From an uncultured delta proteobacterium (GTDB lineage: Bacteria; Desulfobacterota; Desulfobacteria; Desulfobacterales; JAFDCJ01): a stretch of 64,000 nt of DNA. Within the stretch, counting starts at the first letter, position 1. Each line of letters opens with the position of its first letter. The DNA is taken from positions 96,001 to 160,000 of the forward strand of contig CAVYNY010000007.1 in the NCBI GenBank assembly GCA_963769935.1, in the 5' to 3' direction. Below, piece by piece: positions 47,840-57,819 of the stretch. Made by a program: the position numbers and the translations under genes. The notes under the pieces are model-generated. The model had not been told where the DNA came from, made no database searches, and saw only the letters and a list, made by a program, of their open reading frames with translations.

Positions 47840-50084
47840 GTGGGAAGGGTATCATCTGTAATGAAAGCCATATTGCCGCCATCGTTGTTGCCGTATCTTC
47901 AGTCTGACAAAAATCACTTTCGACTGGAGATATCCCTAATCTCACGGGAGACTTCATTTCTCGAAAAATCCCCTTTTCCCTTTTTAACGATTAATGAATC
48001 TACCCCTTTTGAACGTCTGTTGGAGGCAAAAATTCTAACAGATGCTGATAACGAAATCAGACGGGTATTTCTTCTGCAGCAATCGGATGACTATCGTCAT
48101 GTACCCGATGAGGTGTGGCCGCTCACCAATGCGGATATCGATCAACGCTGGATAAATGCAGTTAAATTCTATGCTGAAAAATCCAGGGCCGGTGGGTCGA
48201 GTCCGATCCTGCTGGCCGGACAAATCCCCCCAAATGGGGTGCACGCTCCGTTTCAACCCCTGTTATATTGTGCATTCAAAGATGTCTATTTTCATCCGCC
48301 GTGTCCGCAATGCGGCGATTTTCTGCGACTGTGCTGCGATGACATGCTGCTGGCAGAATCTAATCTCACCGCGTACACGACCTCTTTGAGAAGATATCTC
48401 TATTGCCCTAGATGTTTGCAAGAATCGGGCAACACACAGTTTTACACCTATTCCCGCGAAGGAAACGATCCGCCTGCTTTAAAAGATCGACGGGATCTTT
48501 TAAATGACTTTGGAAATCTGATCTTGAAATCCGATTCTTTGGACAATTTCCCGTGTCTCAAATGCCCGGAACTGACCACCTGTTATGGGACCGATAATCG
48601 GGTAATGACCAGGATCGTGCCCTTTTCATTTTACCCATTCCATTTGCTTATTTTCGAGGCGGATACCCTGAGTGCTTCCGATTTTTTAGCGCTTATTTCC
48701 GGTGCCTCATTCGAAACCCTGAAAGCCAATCTGTCCGGCAGACAAACCCGCGGCAGACTCCACTGTTTGCAGGCGTATGAGGACGAGCGATCAACCCATT
48801 CAGGCTATATGTTCGGCTGCGACAGCGAAAAAGGCTTTTTAGAAATTTTATTTCTTAAGCTTTCGTTTCTGGGGGAACTTATTGGAGAATTTTTTTCCGA
48901 TTAGTTCCAATCGCGCCGTTTATTGCGATGCTTCCCTTTCTCTTGATCGCGTGTGGGTCAGATTGGCGGATCAGGCCGGCCTGCTGCCTCAATTTTGGAA
49001 TTTCAACATATCTATCTTGGATATTTGGTCAGATTTGACCCGGCAGCCTCACCTGTCAAAATATCCGCCGGCTTATGGTCAACATTTTTTGGGCATCATT
49101 TGGTTCTATGCCCTATTGGTCAACGATCGCCAATCCGTTGAGAAAGTCCGAGCCGAACTGGATAAATATATACCGGCGCTCGGCGCTCAGGACAGCGTAT
49201 TTTCGGAAATCATCCAGACGCAAGGACCTGGGACGGTTTTTGCGCCGGAAAACATATTTTGGTATCCGGAACCACAACATGTCGCCGAAAATTGGCACAC
49301 CTTGTGGAATAAATCACTTGATACCGGCGCTGCCATTCTGGCCGGCAGTTTCCATTCGGAGCGCAAATGGTCTCCGGAAGCGTTCTGGTTGGATTATAAA
49401 ACGCTCAGAACGGATATCAAAACAGCGTTATTCGGACAGGCGCTTCCCGCGATTCCCACTCAATCTCCGTCGGAGGATCCCCAGATTGCCCAAATTTTAA
49501 ACCGATTGCTTGTTATATGGCGCCGGGAGATGCGGCCACCGGAAACACCGCTCACGGAAGAGGAAACCGACACGGTCATTTTGCCCGGACCGCAAGAGAC
49601 GCCAAACCTGGCCGCAACGGTGATACTCTCGCCGAGCAGCCCGCCGGAGGCACCCGTATCATCCGGCCGTCCGCCGGAAGAAGAAGAAACGCTGATTCTG
49701 CCGTCCGGAACCCGAAATAATGCGCCAACGCCAAAGGCTCCCTTACCGGATGAAGAACTCATTCAGGAAACCGTGATCCTGTCACCGGGAAAAATTGCCG
49801 GGGCACCGGCCCGCGTCGATTCGATAACTCCCGCAACGGGCAGGGAATCTCTTCCGGAAACGATCGTGCTGTCACCGGGCGGACGCCCTAAGGGTCGTCC
49901 TGACTTTGGAGCACCGGCAAACCGGCACGCCAACCGGACGAACCCACGCCGGCAGCCGGACCGGGAGAATAGCCGACCCAATATGGGTGAAGAGAGGAAA
50001 GAAGACGCTTCGGAGGATGACGATATTTTAACTGAAACTATTATATTGCGACCGCAGAAACCCAAAGGCTCCCGAGATGAGTAG
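47840..50084 (+). CDS. T6SS-associated hypothetical protein (Cys-rich N-terminus, Pro-rich tail with six T-x-x-L repeats), split at a T7 run at 48890-48896
   Basis: ORFs 47840..48904 and 48882..50084 fuse if one T is removed. CPQC, CPRC and CLKC motifs. First gene of the operon, overlapping the next gene. Confidence 0.7.
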
Positions 50085-50808
50085 TCCCATTTCCCTTGAT
50101 AGTCTGGCCCATGAAATCCGGCAAATATATTCAACGGATTCCCGGCAGGGGGAAGAAAGGATCGCCGCCTACCTGCAAGCGCAGTTGGGATCGCTTCCCA
50201 CCGCCGAGAAGGTCGGCTTGTTGGAGAAATTGACCGCGCAATTCGATGCGCCGGTGCCGGGTTCAGCCGACCGGGCGTACCCGGAGGATGAAGTTCTGGC
50301 ACGCCTGTTTTCACTGGTGCTGGGAGACCGGGTTACCGCGGCCGATTTGTCATCCGCTGATTTGCTGCAGCGGTTGGCCGAATCTTTAAATACGATTTTT
50401 GATGCCCTGAACAGACTCGTTGCCGTCATCAATTCCACTTTGTTGGGTAAACAGCAAGGGGATGAAACCATCCGGCAGGTCATTGGCTTTCACCTGGAAG
50501 GTCAGGATCAAACCCAATCTCTCGAGAGCTATCTGGGACAGATCAGCAAAGCCTTTTTGCTGACCCAGCAGGCGTCCAAAAAAGCTGCTGACCAGATAGT
50601 GGGCAAAATTTTGCAGGAGTTGGATCCGGAAAAAATAAAACAGCAGGCCGGGAGCGGAATCAAATTCGGTCCCCTGCGCAAAGCAGAATTTTTTGATGTA
50701 TTTGTGCAGGAAATGAAAAAATGCCGCCAATGGTACGAGTCGGGTCGCTTTATGCAGGATCTGCAAAGAGAGTTTGAAAAAAAATGCGGGCCGAAACTTA
50801 TACAGTAA
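50077..50808 (+). CDS. T6SS-associated protein resembling the TagH/Fha C-terminal domain, without an FHA domain
   Basis: Helical C-terminus ILQELDPEKI...RKAEFFDVF...FMQDLQREFE recalls the TagH C-terminal pattern. Operon position supports T6SS association. Confidence 0.5.
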   Translation: MSSPISLDSLAHEIRQIYSTDSRQGEERIAAYLQAQLGSLPTAEKVGLLEKLTAQFDAPVPGSADRAYPEDEVLARLFSLVLGDRVTAADLSSADLLQRLAESLNTIFDALNRLVAVINSTLLGKQQGDETIRQVIGFHLEGQDQTQSLESYLGQISKAFLLTQQASKKAADQIVGKILQELDPEKIKQQAGSGIKFGPLRKAEFFDVFVQEMKKCRQWYESGRFMQDLQREFEKKCGPKLIQ

Positions 50809-50864
50809 AACGGAAAGATCAGGCCGGCAAGAATAATCAATAATTTGCCCAAAGGAGGTGCTCA

Positions 50865-51428
50865 TTGAAAACGTTTGGGAAACTGGTGGTTGTGATTTTA
50901 GTCGCCGTATTCATCTTCGCATGCAGCTCTACAAAAGGAGCAGCTCCGACAAGTACTTCGGAGATTGAACCCGAATCATGGGGTTATCAAAGAGATGCCA
51001 TTCGATTGGTACTGAATGCCGACCCTCAACTCAATGCGTACGACGGCTTGCCTCACACGCTGTATCTTTGCTTATATCAGCTCAAAGATCCCAACGCTTT
51101 CAACCAGCTGTCCGGTGATAAGGATGGGCTTTATCTTTTGCTCAGCTGCAGTGTTTTCGACCCCAGTGTCACCAGTTTTCAACGGTTGACGGTTCAACCC
51201 GGCCAGCAACTTTCCCAGTCTTTCGATCGGGCCGAAGGAACGCGATATGTCGGTATCGCTGCCGGATACTTTAAGCTTGAAAAAGAGAGAATTACCCGCT
51301 TTTTGAAAATTCCGGTGGAAGTCAAACACCGCGGATGGTTATTTGAGAAATATGGTGTTCCAGGGGAGTTAGACCTCAAGGTTACTTTGGGTCCGCAACA
51401 GATTGAAAATGTAGAGACAGTCCAATGA
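50865..51428 (+). CDS. tssJ: T6SS outer-membrane lipoprotein TssJ
   Basis: Lipobox IFAC; ADPQLN...LYQLKD...VQPG...YVGIAAGY; precedes tssK. Confidence 0.85.
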   Translation: MKTFGKLVVVILVAVFIFACSSTKGAAPTSTSEIEPESWGYQRDAIRLVLNADPQLNAYDGLPHTLYLCLYQLKDPNAFNQLSGDKDGLYLLLSCSVFDPSVTSFQRLTVQPGQQLSQSFDRAEGTRYVGIAAGYFKLEKERITRFLKIPVEVKHRGWLFEKYGVPGELDLKVTLGPQQIENVETVQ

Positions 51429-52816
51429 ATATGAACCGACCCCTCTTTTGGAATCAGGGCCTCCTGCTGCAGCCGCATCACTTTCAGCAGCAGGATCTGT
51501 ATTTTCAATCTCTGCTGGATCCCTATCAGCGTTTTGTGCAGCCTTTTCTTTGGGGGGTTGGCCGATTGGAAATCCGGGAATCCGCGCTCGGGAACCGGAC
51601 GTTCAGTCTGGCCGGCGGTGAATTTTTAATGCCGGATCGAACCCACGTGACGATACCCGGCAACGCTCTGGTCGAAGCCCGCTCGTTCGAAGAAGACTGG
51701 GCCGAAGGGGAAAAGCCGCTGACGGTTTTTCTGGGCCTGCGCAAGTTCAGCGAAACCGGCGAAAATGTCAAGGTATTGCCGGATCTTGAAAACTTAACGG
51801 AAATAACCACCCGGTTCGTCACGACCTCCGACAGCGAAGAAATTCCGGATGTGCACCAGGAAGGTCCTACCGGCCGGGTCCGGCGCATGTATTATCTGCT
51901 GAAGCTGTTTTGGGAATCGGAAATCGATCAGCTGGGTGATTTCCTTCTGATACCGCTCGCTCAGCTCACCCGATCCGGTGAAGACATCACCGTTGCCGAT
52001 CAATTCATTCCCCCCAGTCTGACGCTTTCCGCTTCCGGCCAGCTGATGAAAGTTGTTAAGGAAATCAGGGATCAGATTGCGGCACGGGGCGCGCAGCTCG
52101 AAGACTACAAACGGACAAGAGGAATCCATACCGCCGAATTCGGTGCACGGGATATGGTTTACCTGCTGGCGCTGAGATCTTTAAACCGCTATATTCCTGC
52201 GCTGCACCATATGACGGACAGCGGCCATATCCACCCCTGGTGGGTTTATGGAATGCTGCGGCAGATGATCGGGGAGCTGTCCTCGTTTTCGGATGAGGTC
52301 AATGTGATGGGGGGAACCGAAAAAGAAAGCCGGCAGCTTCCCAAATATAAACACCGCAATTTGTGGCAGTGCTTCCACCAGGCCCAGTTAATGATCACGC
52401 GCCTGTTGGATGAAATTACCGCCGGCCCGGAATACATGATTCAGCTGGTTTACGACGGCACCTATTTTGCCACGGAGATGACGCCGCAGATGTTCGAAGG
52501 CCGCAATCGATTTTACCTGGTATTTGAAACCGAGGCAGAACCGCAAACGGTCATTACCTCGCTGGAGACCATCGCCAAATTAAGTTCACGGGAGACACTG
52601 CCGATCCTGATCGCCCGCGCCCTGCCGGGAATCAAGCTTGAGCATCTGCCCCAGCCCCCGCAGGAACTGCCGCGGCGGGCCAATGCCGCCTATTTTAAAA
52701 TCGATCATCATTCCGATCAATGGTCCCAGCTTCAAAAGGCCAAAAACATAGCCCTTTACTGGGACACGGCGCCTGAAGATTTAAAGGTTGAATTAATGAT
52801 TGTCGGGAGAAACTGA
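51425..52816 (+). CDS. tssK: T6SS baseplate subunit TssK
   Basis: WNQGLLLQPHHFQQQD; ALPGI.LEHL..PP.ELP. Confidence 0.93.
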   Translation: MNMNRPLFWNQGLLLQPHHFQQQDLYFQSLLDPYQRFVQPFLWGVGRLEIRESALGNRTFSLAGGEFLMPDRTHVTIPGNALVEARSFEEDWAEGEKPLTVFLGLRKFSETGENVKVLPDLENLTEITTRFVTTSDSEEIPDVHQEGPTGRVRRMYYLLKLFWESEIDQLGDFLLIPLAQLTRSGEDITVADQFIPPSLTLSASGQLMKVVKEIRDQIAARGAQLEDYKRTRGIHTAEFGARDMVYLLALRSLNRYIPALHHMTDSGHIHPWWVYGMLRQMIGELSSFSDEVNVMGGTEKESRQLPKYKHRNLWQCFHQAQLMITRLLDEITAGPEYMIQLVYDGTYFATEMTPQMFEGRNRFYLVFETEAEPQTVITSLETIAKLSSRETLPILIARALPGIKLEHLPQPPQELPRRANAAYFKIDHHSDQWSQLQKAKNIALYWDTAPEDLKVELMIVGRN

Positions 52817-52818
52817 GC

Positions 52819-53484
52819 ATGCGTCTGACGGATCTTTTCATGGAGCTGATCGCTTATGTCGCTTACTTCAACAGAAGTGTCGCAGCCCGGCAGCCTGCTT
52901 TTGACCAGATCAAGGCCGATATCAGGCGGCTGATGGCGGATATTGAAAACCGGCTGGGACGCACGGATATTGCGCCGGATGAATTTGATCTCGCCCGGTT
53001 TGCCGTGGTCGCCTGGGTGGATGAAACCATCTTAAGCAGCGACTGGCAGCACAGAGAGGTCTGGCAGAAAGAGTCTTTACAGCGCCTTTACTATCAGACG
53101 GCCGATGCCGGCGAACTGTTTTTCGAACGTCTGAATATGATCGGTCCTCATCAAAGAGACGTGCGCGAAGTCTACTACCTGTGTCTGGCCATGGGGTTTA
53201 AAGGCCGGTATATTCACCAGGGCGATGATTTTCTGCTGGATCAACTTAAAACCTCAAACCTGAAAGTGCTGACGGGAACCTCCGTCGGCATCCCGAGTCT
53301 TGAAAAAGGAGGTTTTTTTCCGGAAGCCTATCCGCTGGAATCGGAAACGCCCGGCACGCGGAAGGCGGGACGACGCTTTTCGACAGCCACCCTGATCGGT
53401 TTCAGCATTCCGGTGGCGCTTTTTGCAGGCTTGTTTGTTATCTACACGTTTATCCTCAGCCATATTGGAGAAAGCCTGTTTTAG
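52819..53484 (+). CDS. tssL: T6SS membrane subunit TssL (DotU), no OmpA domain
   Basis: ARFAVVAWVDETIL, W...SLQ, AGELFFERL, EVYYLCLAMGFKGRY, C-terminal TM. Confidence 0.93.
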   Translation: MRLTDLFMELIAYVAYFNRSVAARQPAFDQIKADIRRLMADIENRLGRTDIAPDEFDLARFAVVAWVDETILSSDWQHREVWQKESLQRLYYQTADAGELFFERLNMIGPHQRDVREVYYLCLAMGFKGRYIHQGDDFLLDQLKTSNLKVLTGTSVGIPSLEKGGFFPEAYPLESETPGTRKAGRRFSTATLIGFSIPVALFAGLFVIYTFILSHIGESLF

Positions 53485-53488
53485 ACCG

Positions 53489-56400
53489 ATGAAACAACTT
53501 TTGATCAAAATATTAAAACTGATTCTCATCCTGACAGGGATCGTGTTGGGGCTGCTGCTGATTTTCGGTCTGACCCTGGGCCTCGGCTGGCCGTGGTGGG
53601 TGGGCCTTTTTATCCTGGCGGGTATTCTGGGCCTGGGGCTGGGGGTTTTTTTCTTTAAAAAGCTCTGGCAACGGCGCCAGGAGCAGCACTTTGTCAACCA
53701 GGTGATCGATCAGGACGACTATTATCTCAGTCAAATGGGAGCTCGGGAAAAAGAGCAGCATCAGGAGCTCCAGCTCCGCTGGAAAGAGGCCATGACCGCC
53801 CTGAAGCAATCCCATTTGAAAAAATACGGCAATCCGCTTTATGTCCTACCCTGGTATATGGTGATCGGGGAGAGTGGTTCCGGCAAAACGACTGCCATTC
53901 AAAGTGCGCACCTGTCTTCCCCCTTTGCCGAGGTCAGCCGGACATCCGGAATTTCCGGAACGCGAAATTGCGACTGGTGGTTCTTCGAGCAGGCCATTTT
54001 GATCGACACCGCCGGACGCTATGCCATCCCGGTGGATGAAGGCCGCGACAAAGAAGAATGGCAGAAATTTTTAGCCCTCCTGGTTAAATTTCGCAGGCAG
54101 GAGCCCCTCAACGGCCTGGTGGTTACGGTTCCGGCCGATAAATTACTGGAATCGGGGCCGGAAGCGTTGGAAGAGGACGGCAAAAATATCCGGCGGCGGA
54201 TGGATGAATTGATGCGGGTGCTGGGAGCAAAATTTCCCATTTACGTCCTGGTGACCAAATGCGACCTGATCCAGGGCATGGATCCATTTTGCGGCCGGCT
54301 CACCGACGAGACCCTGGACCAACCCATGGGGCTGGTTAACCACCAGCTCTCGAATGATGTCGCCGCCTTCCTGGATCGCACCGTCGACTATATCGGAGAA
54401 AGGCTGCGCGATCTCAGACTGTTGATTTTTCACCGGCCCGCATCCGGCCCCGATGCCCTCCGGAGCAACGATGCGTCATTGCTGCTATTCCCGGAGGAAT
54501 TTGAACGCCTGAAGCCGGGGCTGGCCGCATTTTTCAGAGGTGCGTTTCAGGAAAATCCGTATCAGGAAACGCCCATTTTACGCGGCTTGTATTTCAGCAG
54601 CGGGCGGCAGGAGGGCAGTCCCTACTCGCACTTTCTTAAAGAACTTGGGTTGATTGCCGAAAGAGATGTTCTGCCCGGCACCAGCAAGGGCCTCTTCCTG
54701 CACGACTTCTTTGCCCGCATATTGCCGCAGGACCGCCGTTTGTTCGTTCCGACGCAGCGGGCTTTGGATTGGAGCCGGCTCACCAAGAATATCGGTCTGA
54801 CGGCCTGGTTGGCAGTCGGTATCGCGGTGTGCGGGCTGTTGAGCTATTCATTTGTCAAAAATCTCTGGACGTTGCGGGATGTTTCCACGGAGTTTAAAAC
54901 CGCTCCCATTTTTCAGGGCGAAGTCGTCACCGACGTATCCATTATGGATCGTTACCGCGAGGCCATTCTAAGCGTCAGCCGCAAAAATCGCAACTGGTGG
55001 ATTCCCCGTTTCGGCCTCAACCAGAGCCTTCAGGCAGAGCAGCAACTCAAAACCAGATTCTGCCAACGCTTCGACGAGCTGTTTCAAACCGACCTTGACA
55101 AGCAGCTGTCTTACCGTATCGGCGACTTTTCCGCCGCTACGCCGATGGATGCCCTTGCCCGGTACGTGCCGCATCTCGTGCGGCGGATCAACCTGATACA
55201 GGCCCGGCTGAAGGGGGCGGACCTGCAAGAGCTGGCTGCCATGCCCCGGCCGGGTTTTGAAGCAGTTGCCATGACAGCCGGCAATCAGAATATATCGGAT
55301 AAAATCGCCGAACGCTACCGGGCGCTCTATTTGCAAAACCTCGTTTGGCAGTCCGACGAAATCCGGCTCAACCGCGAACTCAACACCCTGCGTGACTGGT
55401 TAAATCATGCGCTTTCCCTGGAGAATACCACTCTCAATTGGCTGACCCTGTGGGTTAATCAGTACACTTCCGTGAAAACCGTTCGCCTGGAAGATTTCTG
55501 GGGCAGCGATTTCAGCACGCCTTCCGAAATTTCTGTGGCGCCTGCGTTTACCCTTGACGGTAAAAAACAAATGGATGCCTTGCTGCAGGAAACGGAAGGC
55601 GCCCTCGTCGATCCGCTGATATTATCGAGCAAAAAACTGAAATTTGAAGGTTGGTATCAGGAAGAATACATTCAGGCCTGGGAGAGTTTTGCAGCACGGT
55701 TTCCGAAGGGTGCCGAGCTTCTTAAGGACCGCACCGCCTGGCAGCAGGTGGCCGCCCGCATGCCGACCCGCGAGGGACCGTATTTTGCTTTGCTGGATAA
55801 AATGGCAGAGGAAATGCGACCTTACGCATCGGCGGCCGTGGGGGGTGCCGAGCGTCCGGCCTGGCTGAAGCTGGTGTATGCCCTGGAAGGTGCCGAATTG
55901 CAGGCCGCCGGCGAAGAAGCGGCGGAGAAGAAAGGCATATTGGGCAAGACGGCCCAAAAGGGCAAAACCCTGATCGGCGAGATCGAAAAAAAAGCGGGTT
56001 TTGCTGAAGAAGGCACCGGTTTAGCCGGCCGGATGGCGACCGGCAAAGCCCTGTATGACTATCAGACCGCTTTGCGTCAATTTGAACCGGCAGCCGCTTC
56101 GCGGGAGCTTTCCTTTAAAATGGCCGGCCAGCTGTTCAACGAGGATGACGCAGCTGAAGGCTCGCCCGTCTACGTGGCCCATAATGCACTCAACCGGCTC
56201 AAAGCCGGCCTGGCTTCAGCGGGAACAGGGCAGGATCTTTTCTGGCCGCTGCTGGCCGGGCCGCTGGATTATCTCGGCACATTTATTTGCCGTGAGGCGG
56301 CTTGTCAGCTGCAGACGCTGTGGGAAAATCAAGTGCTGGTTGAAATCCAGGGAGTTTCCGACCAGATGAATTTGAGCGAACTCCTCTTTGGTCCGGACGG

Positions 56401-57004
56401 CTATACCGGCAAATTTCTCAAGGGACCCGCGCAGCCGTTTATCGGACGCAGTCTGAGCAAGGGCTATTTCGCCAAACAGGTCCAGGGACTGAGTATCCCG
56501 TTTGATCCGGCGTTCCTTTCGTTTTTAAGCCGAGGTTCACAGAGTGCCAGGCCCGTGAAGGCTAATTATGCCGTTACCCTCGAAGGACTGCCCACCGACG
56601 CCAACCCGGAAGCCCGCATTCAACCCCACGCCACTCGCTTGGAACTGCAATGTGCCGATCAAACCCAGACGCTGATCAATCGCAACTACCCGATTCGCAA
56701 AGTCTTTAATTGGTCCCCGCAAAATTGCGGGGAGGTGCGCTTCCAGATTGAAGTCGGCAGTTTGGTTCTGACCCGCAGATACGCGGGTGCGCTGGCCTTT
56801 GCCAGCTTTTTGCAGGATTTTTCAACCGGTTCACATAAATTTTATCCCAACGATTTTCCGGACATGGCCGGTGCCTTGAAGCGACTCGGCATCAAATACA
56901 TCAACGTCAAATACGAGCTGTCGGGTCAGCGGGCTGCCATCGCCACATTGCGGGCCGCACCGGGGAGAGCGCCGCTCAAGATCGCACAATGCTGGGCAAA
57001 ATGA
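53489..57004 (+). CDS. tssM: T6SS membrane subunit TssM (IcmF)
   Basis: N-terminal TMs; LPWYMVIGESGSGKTT, CDWWF, IDTAGRY, PLNG, TKCDLI, RGLYFSSG.Q. Confidence 0.94.
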   Translation: MKQLLIKILKLILILTGIVLGLLLIFGLTLGLGWPWWVGLFILAGILGLGLGVFFFKKLWQRRQEQHFVNQVIDQDDYYLSQMGAREKEQHQELQLRWKEAMTALKQSHLKKYGNPLYVLPWYMVIGESGSGKTTAIQSAHLSSPFAEVSRTSGISGTRNCDWWFFEQAILIDTAGRYAIPVDEGRDKEEWQKFLALLVKFRRQEPLNGLVVTVPADKLLESGPEALEEDGKNIRRRMDELMRVLGAKFPIYVLVTKCDLIQGMDPFCGRLTDETLDQPMGLVNHQLSNDVAAFLDRTVDYIGERLRDLRLLIFHRPASGPDALRSNDASLLLFPEEFERLKPGLAAFFRGAFQENPYQETPILRGLYFSSGRQEGSPYSHFLKELGLIAERDVLPGTSKGLFLHDFFARILPQDRRLFVPTQRALDWSRLTKNIGLTAWLAVGIAVCGLLSYSFVKNLWTLRDVSTEFKTAPIFQGEVVTDVSIMDRYREAILSVSRKNRNWWIPRFGLNQSLQAEQQLKTRFCQRFDELFQTDLDKQLSYRIGDFSAATPMDALARYVPHLVRRINLIQARLKGADLQELAAMPRPGFEAVAMTAGNQNISDKIAERYRALYLQNLVWQSDEIRLNRELNTLRDWLNHALSLENTTLNWLTLWVNQYTSVKTVRLEDFWGSDFSTPSEISVAPAFTLDGKKQMDALLQETEGALVDPLILSSKKLKFEGWYQEEYIQAWESFAARFPKGAELLKDRTAWQQVAARMPTREGPYFALLDKMAEEMRPYASAAVGGAERPAWLKLVYALEGAELQAAGEEAAEKKGILGKTAQKGKTLIGEIEKKAGFAEEGTGLAGRMATGKALYDYQTALRQFEPAAASRELSFKMAGQLFNEDDAAEGSPVYVAHNALNRLKAGLASAGTGQDLFWPLLAGPLDYLGTFICREAACQLQTLWENQVLVEIQGVSDQMNLSELLFGPDGYTGKFLKGPAQPFIGRSLSKGYFAKQVQGLSIPFDPAFLSFLSRGSQSARPVKANYAVTLEGLPTDANPEARIQPHATRLELQCADQTQTLINRNYPIRKVFNWSPQNCGEVRFQIEVGSLVLTRRYAGALAFASFLQDFSTGSHKFYPNDFPDMAGALKRLGIKYINVKYELSGQRAAIATLRAAPGRAPLKIAQCWAK

Positions 57005-57789
57005 AACCAAAAGCCGGCTGGATCTGGTATGCCGACGGCAAGCATCCGGCCGCTAAAGACTTCCTGACAATCGGCCTCCGGGAGCCGCTGCTGCGGGCGC
57101 TGATCGACTGGGCGGCAGCCGGCTTCCAGCAAATGTCGGCCGGCAGGAAGCCTGCATTTGCCGGCAATTCATGGCGCTTCTGGACCGCGGGGAACCATCG
57201 CAGCCATATCATCTGCGGCGTGATGCGGGACAGCTGTGACAGTTTCGGCCGATCATTCCCGCTGACCGTTTTGGGGACCGGTCCACTGAAAGGCTGGGAG
57301 ACTCACTGGGAGCTGTTGCCGCTGGTGCTGGATAAGACCTGGCAGCAGATCGAATATCTGGCCACCAAACGCCATCTGGATTTCAACCAGCTGGAGAATG
57401 AGGTTCACATGCTGCCCGTTCCGATAAACAATTGGGTTGAAATGGATCTGGATCCTGCCGGACGGCTGCCGGGACAGGATGCCGCCGCGTTGGGCATGTC
57501 ACCGGAGGCGGATCGGGCCAAGGTGCCCCATGTCACGCCCGACGGGCCGGATGCCCTGCTGGATATAATTCCATTGACAAATTTTTCCCAGGCCGATCCG
57601 CCGGCACATATCGCCGGGCTGCAGGCGGTGTTGAAAAAACGCGCGCCGCATGCGCCGAACGCGGTCTTTATGGGCGGTATTCCTGAAAAAAGCTGTCTGG
57701 TACTGTTTAAAAGGCCGCTGCGGCCGAACGATTTTGCCAAACTGTGGTCGTTGTGTTCGGAGGCGATCACCGCTCCGACGCATGCGTGA
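57001..57789 (+). CDS. tagF: T6SS-associated negative regulator TagF
   Basis: GKHP...DF, WRFW and S.D..GR.FPL motifs; follows tssM. Confidence 0.82.
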   Translation: MKPKAGWIWYADGKHPAAKDFLTIGLREPLLRALIDWAAAGFQQMSAGRKPAFAGNSWRFWTAGNHRSHIICGVMRDSCDSFGRSFPLTVLGTGPLKGWETHWELLPLVLDKTWQQIEYLATKRHLDFNQLENEVHMLPVPINNWVEMDLDPAGRLPGQDAAALGMSPEADRAKVPHVTPDGPDALLDIIPLTNFSQADPPAHIAGLQAVLKKRAPHAPNAVFMGGIPEKSCLVLFKRPLRPNDFAKLWSLCSEAITAPTHA

Positions 57790-57819
57790 CGCGAAACCTA
57801 CAACCGATGGACGGATAAC

